DNA of 64,000 nucleotides from a virus: IMG/VR virus record IMGVR_UViG_3300042691_044682, positions 1 to 64,000 of that record; one strand, 5' to 3'. Shown piece by piece: positions 56,128 to 64,000 of this stretch (position 1 is its first letter; each line of letters starts with the position of its first letter). The notes under the pieces were generated by a model. It saw only the letters and a program-made list of their open reading frames with translations, ran no database searches and was not told where the DNA came from. The position numbers and the translations under genes were made by a program.

Positions 56128-56649
56128 TCAGGCCGAGACCAGGGCCGCCTGGCGGAACATCTCGTCCAGGTTCGCGTCCGTCAGGCCGAACTGGGCCGCC
56201 ATCTGCTGCACCAGCACCCCGTTCCGGGTGATCGTGTTCGCGTATTCCCACGCCTGCCATGCCGTCCCGCCCATCGCCCGCAGCGTGTCGTCGACGTCCT
56301 CGAAGAGCGTCCTGCCCTCGGCGCTGCCGGGCATGCCCATCAGCACCGCTCGAGCCTGGAAGTTCGTGATCTCCGGCGGCACGGTGCTGCCCGGCGGCAG
56401 CGGCGGCGTCGACGGCGTCCAGGCGCTCCAGGCGTCGATCGCGCTCTGAAAGCGCCCGATGTCGGTGAACCGCTCGTTCGGCGGGCGGGAGATCGGGCCG
56501 TCGCCATCATGGTCGACGAATTCGATCTCGCCCTTGGCCCCATACCACTGCACTGCATGGATGTTGGCCGCGACGTCGAGCAGCAGCGGCCCGCGCGCCT
56601 GGCCATCGATGATGACGATGCGCTGCGCGGGCAGGATGGTCATCCGCAT
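56128..56649 (-). CDS. Tail-fibre-associated protein
   Basis: IHAVQW....GEIEF; C-terminal AWEYA...R...LD.MF..A. Confidence 0.6.
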   Translation of the reverse strand: MRMTILPAQRIVIIDGQARGPLLLDVAANIHAVQWYGAKGEIEFVDHDGDGPISRPPNERFTDIGRFQSAIDAWSAWTPSTPPLPPGSTVPPEITNFQARAVLMGMPGSAEGRTLFEDVDDTLRAMGGTAWQAWEYANTITRNGVLVQQMAAQFGLTDANLDEMFRQAALVSA

Positions 56650-56652
56650 GGG

Positions 56653-56979
56653 TCAGTTCTCCTGGGGGGGAAGCCGCCGCGGTGCGCCGACCAGCGGGCC
56701 CAGCAGGGAGGCGAGCGGCAGCATGGGTGCGTGGGCGGCGGCCTCGTTGGCGCGGACCATCTCGTTGCGGAAGCTCTCGATCGCGGCGCCGGTCTGGCGC
56801 GACTGCTGCGCGTTCTCGATCAGCAGCATCGGCAGCCAGGCCACCGCGCAGCCCCACTCGTCCACCTCCGCGCCCGTGTTCGGATTGGTGCCGCGGATCT
56901 GGGTGAACCAGGCGCAGTCGAGCTTGCGGCACGGCTCGAAGCCCGCCAGCGGGCAATTCGCCTTCGGCTCGATCTTCAT
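56653..56979 (-). CDS. Conserved protein adjacent to fibre genes
   Basis: CPL..C....CAWF..G.NPNTG..DEW.CA..WLP.LLIEN. Confidence 0.7.
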   Translation of the reverse strand: MKIEPKANCPLAGFEPCRKLDCAWFTQIRGTNPNTGAEVDEWGCAVAWLPMLLIENAQQSRQTGAAIESFRNEMVRANEAAAHAPMLPLASLLGPLVGAPRRLPPQEN

Positions 56980-57027
56980 GCGGCATCCTTCGTCGAAAGG
57001 GCCTCGCTGCGAAGTTGCGACATTTCA

Positions 57028-57792
57028 CTAATCCCGGGCGGCGATGATCGCGTCGACGTACTTCACGGCCATGTCGAGGTTGTCCATCGCAAGAATGTGG
57101 TTGTGGGGCTGACTGCCACCGGTGGCGCCCGTAGTCGACGACCCAGCCGGGTATGGCGCCGCGCCACCGGGGCCGAACGAACCATCGCCCGCGATCCCGA
57201 CGACGGAGTGCCAATGGGTAGGCATCTGGCTCTCGGTCAGCGTCGTATTTTCCACCGTGCCGCTCAGCCCCCGGGCCGCAGCGAAGGCGGCGCTGAAGTC
57301 GAGCGTCCCGCCCGAGCTCACCGACCCGCTCACCACGCGCAGGGCCTTGTCGTTGTGCGCCGTGCTCTTGGTCCAGCCGGTCGGCGCCGCGCTCTGCACG
57401 AACAGCATCGTCGTGCCAGAGGGGTAGTAGGTGCCGACCTTCGCGTCGACGTAGGCCTTCCGCGCGAAGGCGTCGTCCGTCGCCGGGTCGGACGACGGAC
57501 CGACCGGCGTCTGGGTGAAGGTGCCGCCCCGCACATAGAGGTCCCACACCCCGGTCGTCGGATTGATCTCGCCGAGCTTCAGGTCGCCCAGCGCGACCGA
57601 GATGAAGATCATCAGGTCCCAGCGCGTGCCGGACACCTCCTGGATCCACATCATGCCCGGCTGCACATAGGTCGGCCTGGTGGCGCCGCGGTGCAGCGTG
57701 TGCAGCGCGTCGCGCTGGTCCATGAGGTCGTCGGCCAGCGACGGGCCCGACTTCGTGTCGGGGTCGATCGTGCCGAAGTCGAACTGCGTCAT
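57028..57792 (-). CDS. Tail fibre / collar protein
   Basis: PSGT.M.F.Q..APTGWTK, TLT.SQMP.H.H, TGG..PH.H and V.YVD.II. Confidence 0.8.
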   Translation of the reverse strand: MTQFDFGTIDPDTKSGPSLADDLMDQRDALHTLHRGATRPTYVQPGMMWIQEVSGTRWDLMIFISVALGDLKLGEINPTTGVWDLYVRGGTFTQTPVGPSSDPATDDAFARKAYVDAKVGTYYPSGTTMLFVQSAAPTGWTKSTAHNDKALRVVSGSVSSGGTLDFSAAFAAARGLSGTVENTTLTESQMPTHWHSVVGIAGDGSFGPGGAAPYPAGSSTTGATGGSQPHNHILAMDNLDMAVKYVDAIIAARD

Positions 57793-57802
57793 GGTGCGCT
57801 CC

Positions 57803-58171
57803 TCAATTCGGCGGCGTGCGGCTGTTGCTGCCCTGCTGCACCGCCAAGCGCCCTTCTAGCACCCGCACCGCGCCGCGCAGGTCGGCCACCGTCTCGCGCA
57901 GCGCCTTCACGGCGCCGTCGAGCTCGGTCATCACACGCACCTGGGCGATCTCGCGCGCCGCCTGGTCGCGCATGTCGGCCCGGTCGCGATCTTCGAGCGT
58001 CTTCACCCGGTCGGCAATCTCGCCGAGGCGGTAGTAGGCGATGGCCCCCCCGGAGATCAGCACGAGGGCCTGGATGGTGAGGGTGGCGATCAGGGCCAGC
58101 GGGATCCTCTTGTCGAACGACCAGTGGTTGTTCGGGTCTTCGGGCAGCGGCCGGGCGGGAATGAGCGACAT
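57803..58171 (-). CDS. Membrane-anchored coiled-coil protein
   Basis: W.FDKRIPLALI transmembrane segment plus coiled coil. Confidence 0.6.
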   Translation of the reverse strand: MSLIPARPLPEDPNNHWSFDKRIPLALIATLTIQALVLISGGAIAYYRLGEIADRVKTLEDRDRADMRDQAAREIAQVRVMTELDGAVKALRETVADLRGAVRVLEGRLAVQQGSNSRTPPN

Positions 58172-58179
58172 GGAGGTTC

Positions 58180-58473
58180 TCACGCCGGCGGTGGGACGGT
58201 GCGCGCGACGACCTGGAAGGCTCCCTCGCGGGCCGCCTTGGTGCCGCTGGGGACCTCCCACCGCCAGCGCCAGACACCCGCGGTGGAGGGCGAGACCTCC
58301 GCGTAGAGCAGGTTGGCGTCGTCGGGATCGGGATTGGTCGAGATGATCTGGCCGACGTTGTCGGCCGGACCGAACAGCAACAGCCGCATGCCGGTCGGCT
58401 CGATCACGGCGTCGTCCTCGTCACGCAGCGAGGCGTCGAGCCGGATCGTCTGGCCGAGCGTGTAAATCTTCAT
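58180..58473 (-). CDS. Small Ig-like structural protein
   Basis: GQTIRL...GVWRWRW....EG.F.V. Confidence 0.55.
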   Translation of the reverse strand: MKIYTLGQTIRLDASLRDEDDAVIEPTGMRLLLFGPADNVGQIISTNPDPDDANLLYAEVSPSTAGVWRWRWEVPSGTKAAREGAFQVVARTVPPPA

Positions 58474-58476
58474 GGC

Positions 58477-61122
58477 TCAGATCTCCCGCACCACGATGTT
58501 CTGCCGAGGCTGGTCTTCGGCCGCAGGCACCGAAACGACGCGCTCGCGCGCAGCGATCGTGGGGGAGCGCAGCCACACTACCGTCCCCGGCACCGGATAA
58601 GTCCCGGCCCGGATATTTTTCACGAGGAATTCACGCGCGAGCACCCGCGCGAAGCGCAGGTTGAAGATGACCTCGAGGCCCGCCTCGCCGGCCAGCAGGG
58701 CCTCGGCGAAGGCGGTCCGGTAGGCCTCGGCGAGCAGATCACCCTGGCCCAGCAGCAGCGCCTCGGCGCCGAGCAGGATGCGCGGCTCCGGCGCGACCAG
58801 GCCGCCCTGGCCGGCCAGTGCCGCAAGGGCGGCCAGATCCAGCCGGGCCAGCCCCGAGAGCCCGCCCTGCCCCGCCAGCGCCGCCGCGGCGAGCCGCTGC
58901 GCCTGGGGCGTCGCCGCAAGAGTGCCAGCGCCGGTGAGGGAGGCCAGCGCGCGCGCCCAGAGGCCCGCCTCAGCAGCCAGGGTGCCAGCGCCGGACAGCG
59001 CCACCGCGATCGAGGCGCCGCCCGTCGTGCTGGCGGCGAGGTTGCCTATACCGGAGAGGGCCGCCGCGATAGACAAACGAGCTTGTGGCTCGGCCGTGAG
59101 AGACAACGCCCCGGCCAGCGCCGCCTCGGCCAGCGCGATCCGCCGCGCGTCGGTGGCGAGGGTGCCGGCGCCGGCAAGCGCCTGGGTGGCGAACGAGGTC
59201 CGGCGAGCGTCTGCCGCGGCGGTGCCGGCGCCGGAGAAGGCGACGGCCAGGCGCAGGAGCGCGCGGGCGTCGGCTGCGAGCGTCCCGGTGCCGGTGAGGC
59301 TCGCGGTGCCGAGCTGCGTGCCTTCGGCGACGATGTAGAGGCTGCCGGCGCCCGAGAGGGAGGCGGCGAGCCGCAGCAGCGCCTTGGCGTCGGCCGAGAC
59401 CGCGCCTGCGCCGCTCAGCAGCTCCGCGACGAGCGCGATGCGGCGGCTGTCGGCGGTGGCGGTGCCGCTGCCGGCCAGCGTGGCGGCGGCGCGTACCAGG
59501 GCGACCGGGTCGGCGTAGAGCCCACCGGCGCCCGCCAGGGCAGCCAGCGCGGCGGCCCGCATCCCCGCATCGACGGCGAGGGTGCCCTGCCCCGACAGGG
59601 CGGCCGAGGCGAACTGGGTGCCTTCGGCGGTGACAGAGATGGAGCCCGCGCCGGCCAGGCTGGCGGCGAGGCGCAGATGGGCCCGGGCATCGGCCGAGAG
59701 GCCGGCGACGGCGGCCAGGGCTGCGGCGTCGCGCAGCAGAACGCCGGCGTCGGCGGCGAGCGTCCCGACCCCCGAGAGGCTCGCGGCGGCGAAGGCGGCC
59801 CTGGTGCCGTCCACCGACACCGCGCCGGAGCCGGACAGCGCGGCGGTGACCCGGATCTGTGCGGCGGGATCCGCGGCGACCGCGCCGACACCCGTGAGGG
59901 CGGCCGAGGCGCTGACGGTCGAGCCCCCGATGTCCGGCAGGATGAGGGCGGCGAAGGCGAGGCGGACCCGGCTGCCGGCGCCGCTCTGCACCGTGGCGTC
60001 GGCGGCCAGGCTGCCGGCGCCTGCGAGCGCGGCCGTGAAGCGGATCGTGGCGGCGGCATCGGTGGCGAGGGCGCCGGCGCCGGCGAGCGCCGCCGCGGCG
60101 AGAGCCTGGTTCTGCCCGGTGGCGGCCAGGGTGCCCGCCCCGGTCAGGGCGGCGGTCCCGGTAGTGATGACCCCGGCGCTCGCGACAAGGGTGCCGGCGC
60201 CCGTCAGCGCAGCGGCGGCGAGAAGCTGGTTCTGGCCCGCGCCGACGAGGCTACCCGCCCCCGTGAGCGCCGCGGTGCCGGACTGAATGCGGCGCGCCTC
60301 GCCCGCCAGCAAACCGGCGCCGGTGAGGGATGCCTCCCCCTGGTAGGTCGTACCGCCGCCCTGGACGGTGGCGTCGGCGGCCAGGCTGCCGGCGCCCGAG
60401 AGCGCCACCGCCAGGCTCAGGGACGCCTTGGCGTCGGAGGACGCGGTGCCGGCGCCGGTGAGCGAAGCCGTCGCCTGCAGCGGGATCGGCGGGCTGATCG
60501 CCAGCGTCCACGACACCCACTGCTCGGAGGCGCTGGTGAAGGTGCCGGGGTCGAGCGACGAGGCGTTGGCCTGGTACTCGGCCGTGTTGGTCGAGGCGCC
60601 GCCCGTGCCCGCCGCCGCCTGGGTCTGGAGGTCGGTGAAGGTGCCCGGCGTGGTCGGCGCGACGGTGGCGACCGTCGTGCTGTCGCCCGAGCGGGTGACG
60701 ATCCAGAGGTAGTCCTGCGCGCCGCTCGGGCCCGTGTGCTGAGGCGGGTTCGAGTTGGTCGACGAGTTGTTCGCGCTCGTGCCGGTGACCGGGTTGGTGC
60801 TGGCGTGCCCGGTGATGCGAAGCGAGGTGTGCGACGACTGCTCGGAGGCGCTGGTCGTCAGCGTGAGGGCGTCGGAGCCCTCAGCGATCTTCCAGATGAT
60901 CGCGCCCGTGACGATGGTGCCGTTCGAGGCTTGCCCGAGGATGCTCCAGTTGTCGCCCGAGACGCCCGTGTTGATTGAGACGGTCGGGTTGCCGTCCACC
61001 GAGAAGACCACCACCAGCAGGTCGCCGGCCGAGATGCTGGCGGGCAGCGTGATGGCGTGCGACGTGGTGTTCGTTGCGGTGGTGCGGTTGTTCGCCCGGG
61101 TCTGGACGCTCGGAAAGGCCAT
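58477..61122 (-). CDS. Ala/Gly-repeat fibre-like virion protein
   Basis: N-terminal LP....GDLLV domain plus many ~22-aa A.L.G.G.L.A repeats. Confidence 0.75.
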   Translation of the reverse strand: MAFPSVQTRANNRTTATNTTSHAITLPASISAGDLLVVVFSVDGNPTVSINTGVSGDNWSILGQASNGTIVTGAIIWKIAEGSDALTLTTSASEQSSHTSLRITGHASTNPVTGTSANNSSTNSNPPQHTGPSGAQDYLWIVTRSGDSTTVATVAPTTPGTFTDLQTQAAAGTGGASTNTAEYQANASSLDPGTFTSASEQWVSWTLAISPPIPLQATASLTGAGTASSDAKASLSLAVALSGAGSLAADATVQGGGTTYQGEASLTGAGLLAGEARRIQSGTAALTGAGSLVGAGQNQLLAAAALTGAGTLVASAGVITTGTAALTGAGTLAATGQNQALAAAALAGAGALATDAAATIRFTAALAGAGSLAADATVQSGAGSRVRLAFAALILPDIGGSTVSASAALTGVGAVAADPAAQIRVTAALSGSGAVSVDGTRAAFAAASLSGVGTLAADAGVLLRDAAALAAVAGLSADARAHLRLAASLAGAGSISVTAEGTQFASAALSGQGTLAVDAGMRAAALAALAGAGGLYADPVALVRAAATLAGSGTATADSRRIALVAELLSGAGAVSADAKALLRLAASLSGAGSLYIVAEGTQLGTASLTGTGTLAADARALLRLAVAFSGAGTAAADARRTSFATQALAGAGTLATDARRIALAEAALAGALSLTAEPQARLSIAAALSGIGNLAASTTGGASIAVALSGAGTLAAEAGLWARALASLTGAGTLAATPQAQRLAAAALAGQGGLSGLARLDLAALAALAGQGGLVAPEPRILLGAEALLLGQGDLLAEAYRTAFAEALLAGEAGLEVIFNLRFARVLAREFLVKNIRAGTYPVPGTVVWLRSPTIAARERVVSVPAAEDQPRQNIVVREI

Positions 61123-61125
61123 GGC

Positions 61126-62673
61126 TTACGGCACCGGCACAAAGCGAAGCCTGAGGTCGGTGTAGTCCGTGATCGCGGCGCGCTCGCCCGCGCTGATCTC
61201 CTGCGTGTAGAGGGTCTCGGTGTCCGCCAGCGCCGGGTGCGACCACTCGGCGATGACGGTGGTGCCCTGCCGCAGCTGCACCGTCGCGCCAATCGTGCTG
61301 CCGTCGCGCCGCAGGGCGTAGTGCGCCTTGATCACCCCCGCCCCCGGCGCGCCGGGCAGCCCCAGTAGCATCTCGAAGGGATCCGACCCGCCGGGCGCCG
61401 ACTGCGCATAGTCGGCCCAATCGGGCGGCGGGGTCTCATCGACGCGGGACCACAGGTCCGTCGTGCCCCCGAGCTGATCCGTCCAGCCGGTCGAGGCGGT
61501 GTCGGAGGTGGGGAACATCCACGTCTCCTTCACGTTCGCGCTGTCGACCGTCCCGACGCCGGCGAGCGCGGCGCGCGCGGCGGCGATGAGCCCCGCTTCG
61601 GTCAGCGCCGTCCCCTGCCCCGCCAGCGCGGCCAGGGCATTCGCTACCATCCCCCCTTCGGCGGCGACCGCGCCAGCGCCGGACATCGCGATGGCGGCGA
61701 GCGCCGTGCGCTGCGCGGCCGCGGCGGCGGTGCCCGCGCCGGCCAGGGCCGTGGCGAGGCGGATCTCCGCGCGCGGCTCGATGATAGCGGCGCCTGCCCC
61801 GGCGAGGGCGGCATTGGCCAGGCTGGTGCGGGTTGCCGCGGCGGCCGCGCTGCCCGCGCCCGTCAGCGAGACATTCTGTCGGACCTCGGCGCGCGGCTCG
61901 GCCGCCAGGGTGCCGGCGCCCGCCAGTGCGGCGGCGGCGAACTGTGTCGAGATGCTCGAGACGGCCAGCGCGCCTTCACCGGCCAGGGCGACACTCGCCT
62001 GCAGCAGGGCGGACGGTTCCGCCGCCAGGGCGCCCGCGCCGGCCAGGGCAGCGCTGTCGCGCAGCACAACCCCGGCCTGGGCCGCGAGGGTACCGGCACC
62101 CGTCAGCGCCGCCGTGGCGGTGTAGGTCGCCGCGGTCGAGGCCTCGGCGGCAAGGGTGCCGACGCCCGAAAACGCGGCGGTGGCGAGCAGATGGTTCTGC
62201 GCAGCCGCCGCCTGGGTGCCGACCCCGGCCAGGGCAACGGTCGGACGAACATCAGCCCTCGGCTCGACCGTCAGAGTGCCTGCGCCGGAGAGCGCCGCCG
62301 CGGTGAGCAGCTGGTTCTGCCCGGCCGCAGCGAGCGAGCCCGCGCCGGCCAGGGCGATGTCGCCCGAGACGGACCGGCTGGCCGCGGCGGCTACGGTGCC
62401 GACGCCGACGAAGGCGACGGCGATGGACAGCGCGGCGCGCGGCTCGGCGGCGACCGTGCCGGCGCCCGTAAGGGCCGCCTCGGCGAACTGGACGCGCCTG
62501 GCGTCGGCGGCGAGCGCGCCCGCGCCGGAGAGAACCGCCGGGAGGCTAAGCTGCGCGGACGAACCGGCCGTCGCGACGCCAGCGCCGGTGAGCGACGCGG
62601 TGCCTTGGTAAGTCGTGCCGCCCGTCGCGTGTAGTTCGGCGCCACCTGGGACGAGAACGCCGAACGGCATCAT
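61126..62673 (-). CDS. Ala/Gly-repeat fibre-like virion protein
   Basis: Same repeat plus C-terminal P.SD..GW...ITDYTDLRLRF domain. Confidence 0.75.
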   Translation of the reverse strand: MMPFGVLVPGGAELHATGGTTYQGTASLTGAGVATAGSSAQLSLPAVLSGAGALAADARRVQFAEAALTGAGTVAAEPRAALSIAVAFVGVGTVAAAASRSVSGDIALAGAGSLAAAGQNQLLTAAALSGAGTLTVEPRADVRPTVALAGVGTQAAAAQNHLLATAAFSGVGTLAAEASTAATYTATAALTGAGTLAAQAGVVLRDSAALAGAGALAAEPSALLQASVALAGEGALAVSSISTQFAAAALAGAGTLAAEPRAEVRQNVSLTGAGSAAAAATRTSLANAALAGAGAAIIEPRAEIRLATALAGAGTAAAAAQRTALAAIAMSGAGAVAAEGGMVANALAALAGQGTALTEAGLIAAARAALAGVGTVDSANVKETWMFPTSDTASTGWTDQLGGTTDLWSRVDETPPPDWADYAQSAPGGSDPFEMLLGLPGAPGAGVIKAHYALRRDGSTIGATVQLRQGTTVIAEWSHPALADTETLYTQEISAGERAAITDYTDLRLRFVPVP

Positions 62674-62677
62674 GGCG

Positions 62678-62923
62678 TTACTCCGGCGTCAGTCCGAGAT
62701 GTTGTTCCATGGTCAAGTCGAGCCGGTCGCTCATCGTCACCACCAACCAGTTGACGCCGCTGAAACGCTTGATCGTGATGCCAGTAGGCTCTTGAGGCAG
62801 ATTGTGACTGTGCAGAATGATTGACTGCAACAGCGCCAGCCCGTCCGTCACCACGGGCGCGATCACGTTCCAGCCGGCTTTCCAATTGGGCACCTGCATG
62901 ACGCGATAATCCGTCGCGGGCAT
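62678..62923 (-). CDS. Hypothetical protein
   Basis: Lower-GC ORF in the operon. Confidence 0.5.
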   Translation of the reverse strand: MPATDYRVMQVPNWKAGWNVIAPVVTDGLALLQSIILHSHNLPQEPTGITIKRFSGVNWLVVTMSDRLDLTMEQHLGLTPE

Positions 62924-62924
62924 G

Positions 62925-63263
62925 TCAGCTAATCCGCCGGATCGACCACGGGAAGGATCGCACCGTCCCCGTCGTCTGGCGCGCGCTCAGAGACCAGTTG
63001 TGCAGCAGGATCAGCGACGGGGAGACGATCATCGCCTCCGCCTGCGCGTTCGCCGCGGACGCCACCCAGCACACGCGATCCGTCCCGCCCGACAGCGCGC
63101 GCTCCTCGAGGCGCAGCTCGACCACGTCGCCGGCCGCCAGCGCGCCGATGTCGAAGAACACCTGGTAGATGCCGTCGTCGGCGTTGTCGGCGTCCAAGTC
63201 CGTCCATGTGGTGGACGTAGCACCCGGCGAGAACGTGCCGCTGTTGTGTTCCGTGATCGCCAT
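62925..63263 (-). CDS. Structural hypothetical protein
   Basis: GIYQ...D...LAAGD...QT.GT.R.FPWSIR. Confidence 0.6.
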   Translation of the reverse strand: MAITEHNSGTFSPGATSTTWTDLDADNADDGIYQVFFDIGALAAGDVVELRLEERALSGGTDRVCWVASAANAQAEAMIVSPSLILLHNWSLSARQTTGTVRSFPWSIRRIS

Positions 63264-63266
63264 GCC

Positions 63267-64000
63267 TCACCCCGCCACGCTGTAGATTGCCCAATACGTC
63301 TCGACCGCCGTGCCGCTGCACTTGCCGCGCACCTGAAGCTGCGTGCCCTCCGGCACGTCCGCGAAGATCGGGACGCTGGTATGGAACCCCAGAAGCTCGT
63401 TCGTCGTGGTATTGACGTTGGCGTGCGCCGCATCTGTGTCGCCAAGCGTCAAGGGATTATTGCCCGCTCCGATCTGGCCGTAATAGGCGAGAGAGGTCCA
63501 TGAGCCGGAATTTGGACCGGTAAACAAAAGGTTGTGGCAGAACAGGTTGGTTGGCGTCGTGCTGCCGACGGCCGTCCACGATCCCGCCCATGCGCCGGAG
63601 TTGCCCGCCGTGTGCGCCGTGCCGGAGTAGTTCGCCTCGTCCACCCCGGTCGAGACCACGCGCGACCCGCAGCGCCACGTCCCAGGCCCCTTGTAGCCGC
63701 CATAGACCGAGATCACGCCGCGATGCGTCCGGCCCGTCGTCAGGCTGCGCGCCTGAAGCCCGAGATTAGCGCCGGAAGGGATGCGAACGGGCAGCCATAG
63801 GTCTCTGGTGGCCGGATAACTGCCGCCGTGGCCAACGATAATGCCGCTAACCAAGGGGGCCGCTGCCCATGATGTCCCGCCAGCCGGGTCAATCAAGATG
63901 TCGGCAAGGCTCCGCGTGTCTGTGTTTGCCACATTTCCGCCGTAGATGCGGGCAACCAAAAGCTGCCCCTCGAACCCCAGCGCGCCGCCCCCCCAGGCGA
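63267..64000 (-). CDS. Structural/fibre protein (5' partial)
   Basis: Frame open to the right edge; LPVRIPSG..L and P.GT.L.VR motifs. Confidence 0.6.
   Translation of the reverse strand, partial: AWGGGALGFEGQLLVARIYGGNVANTDTRSLADILIDPAGGTSWAAAPLVSGIIVGHGGSYPATRDLWLPVRIPSGANLGLQARSLTTGRTHRGVISVYGGYKGPGTWRCGSRVVSTGVDEANYSGTAHTAGNSGAWAGSWTAVGSTTPTNLFCHNLLFTGPNSGSWTSLAYYGQIGAGNNPLTLGDTDAAHANVNTTTNELLGFHTSVPIFADVPEGTQLQVRGKCSGTAVETYWAIYSVAG

Overview
High-GC temperate tailed-phage genome segment, probably infecting an alphaproteobacterium (it carries GcrA, GapR/DUF2312 and an RcGTA-type spike-base gene). It appears to be in the excised attP configuration. Layout: leftward head/packaging module (1-15.2 kb); about 25 kb of rightward small accessory genes, most preceded by a recurring structured leader; repressor/replication switch (32-36 kb); RecE/RecT, GapR and GcrA; tyrosine integrase next to a tRNA-Glu attP core (53.0 kb); leftward lysis and fibre genes. 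The main finding lies between terS and terL: a lone Cas7/RAMP-like gene plus a partner gene, flanked by two arrays of phased GGY-NN pentamers that (G/C)GCA tetramers cut into 7-13-mer units. A third, single-unit copy with its own promoter and hairpin sits at 26.8 kb. This looks like a VIPR-type RNA-guided system. Read as NN-x (every third base skipped), two units spell conserved large serine recombinase motifs (VYARFSSDxQR and GLCFGYRV), which suggests wobble-proof targeting of competing mobile elements. Other findings: an Acb2-like anti-CBASS sponge; a head-module polyprotein missed by the ORF track, with ADP-ribosyltransferase and JAB domains bounded by LxKA motifs; and a candidate ~600-nt structured ncRNA. 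All family calls are by motif recognition; no searches were run.
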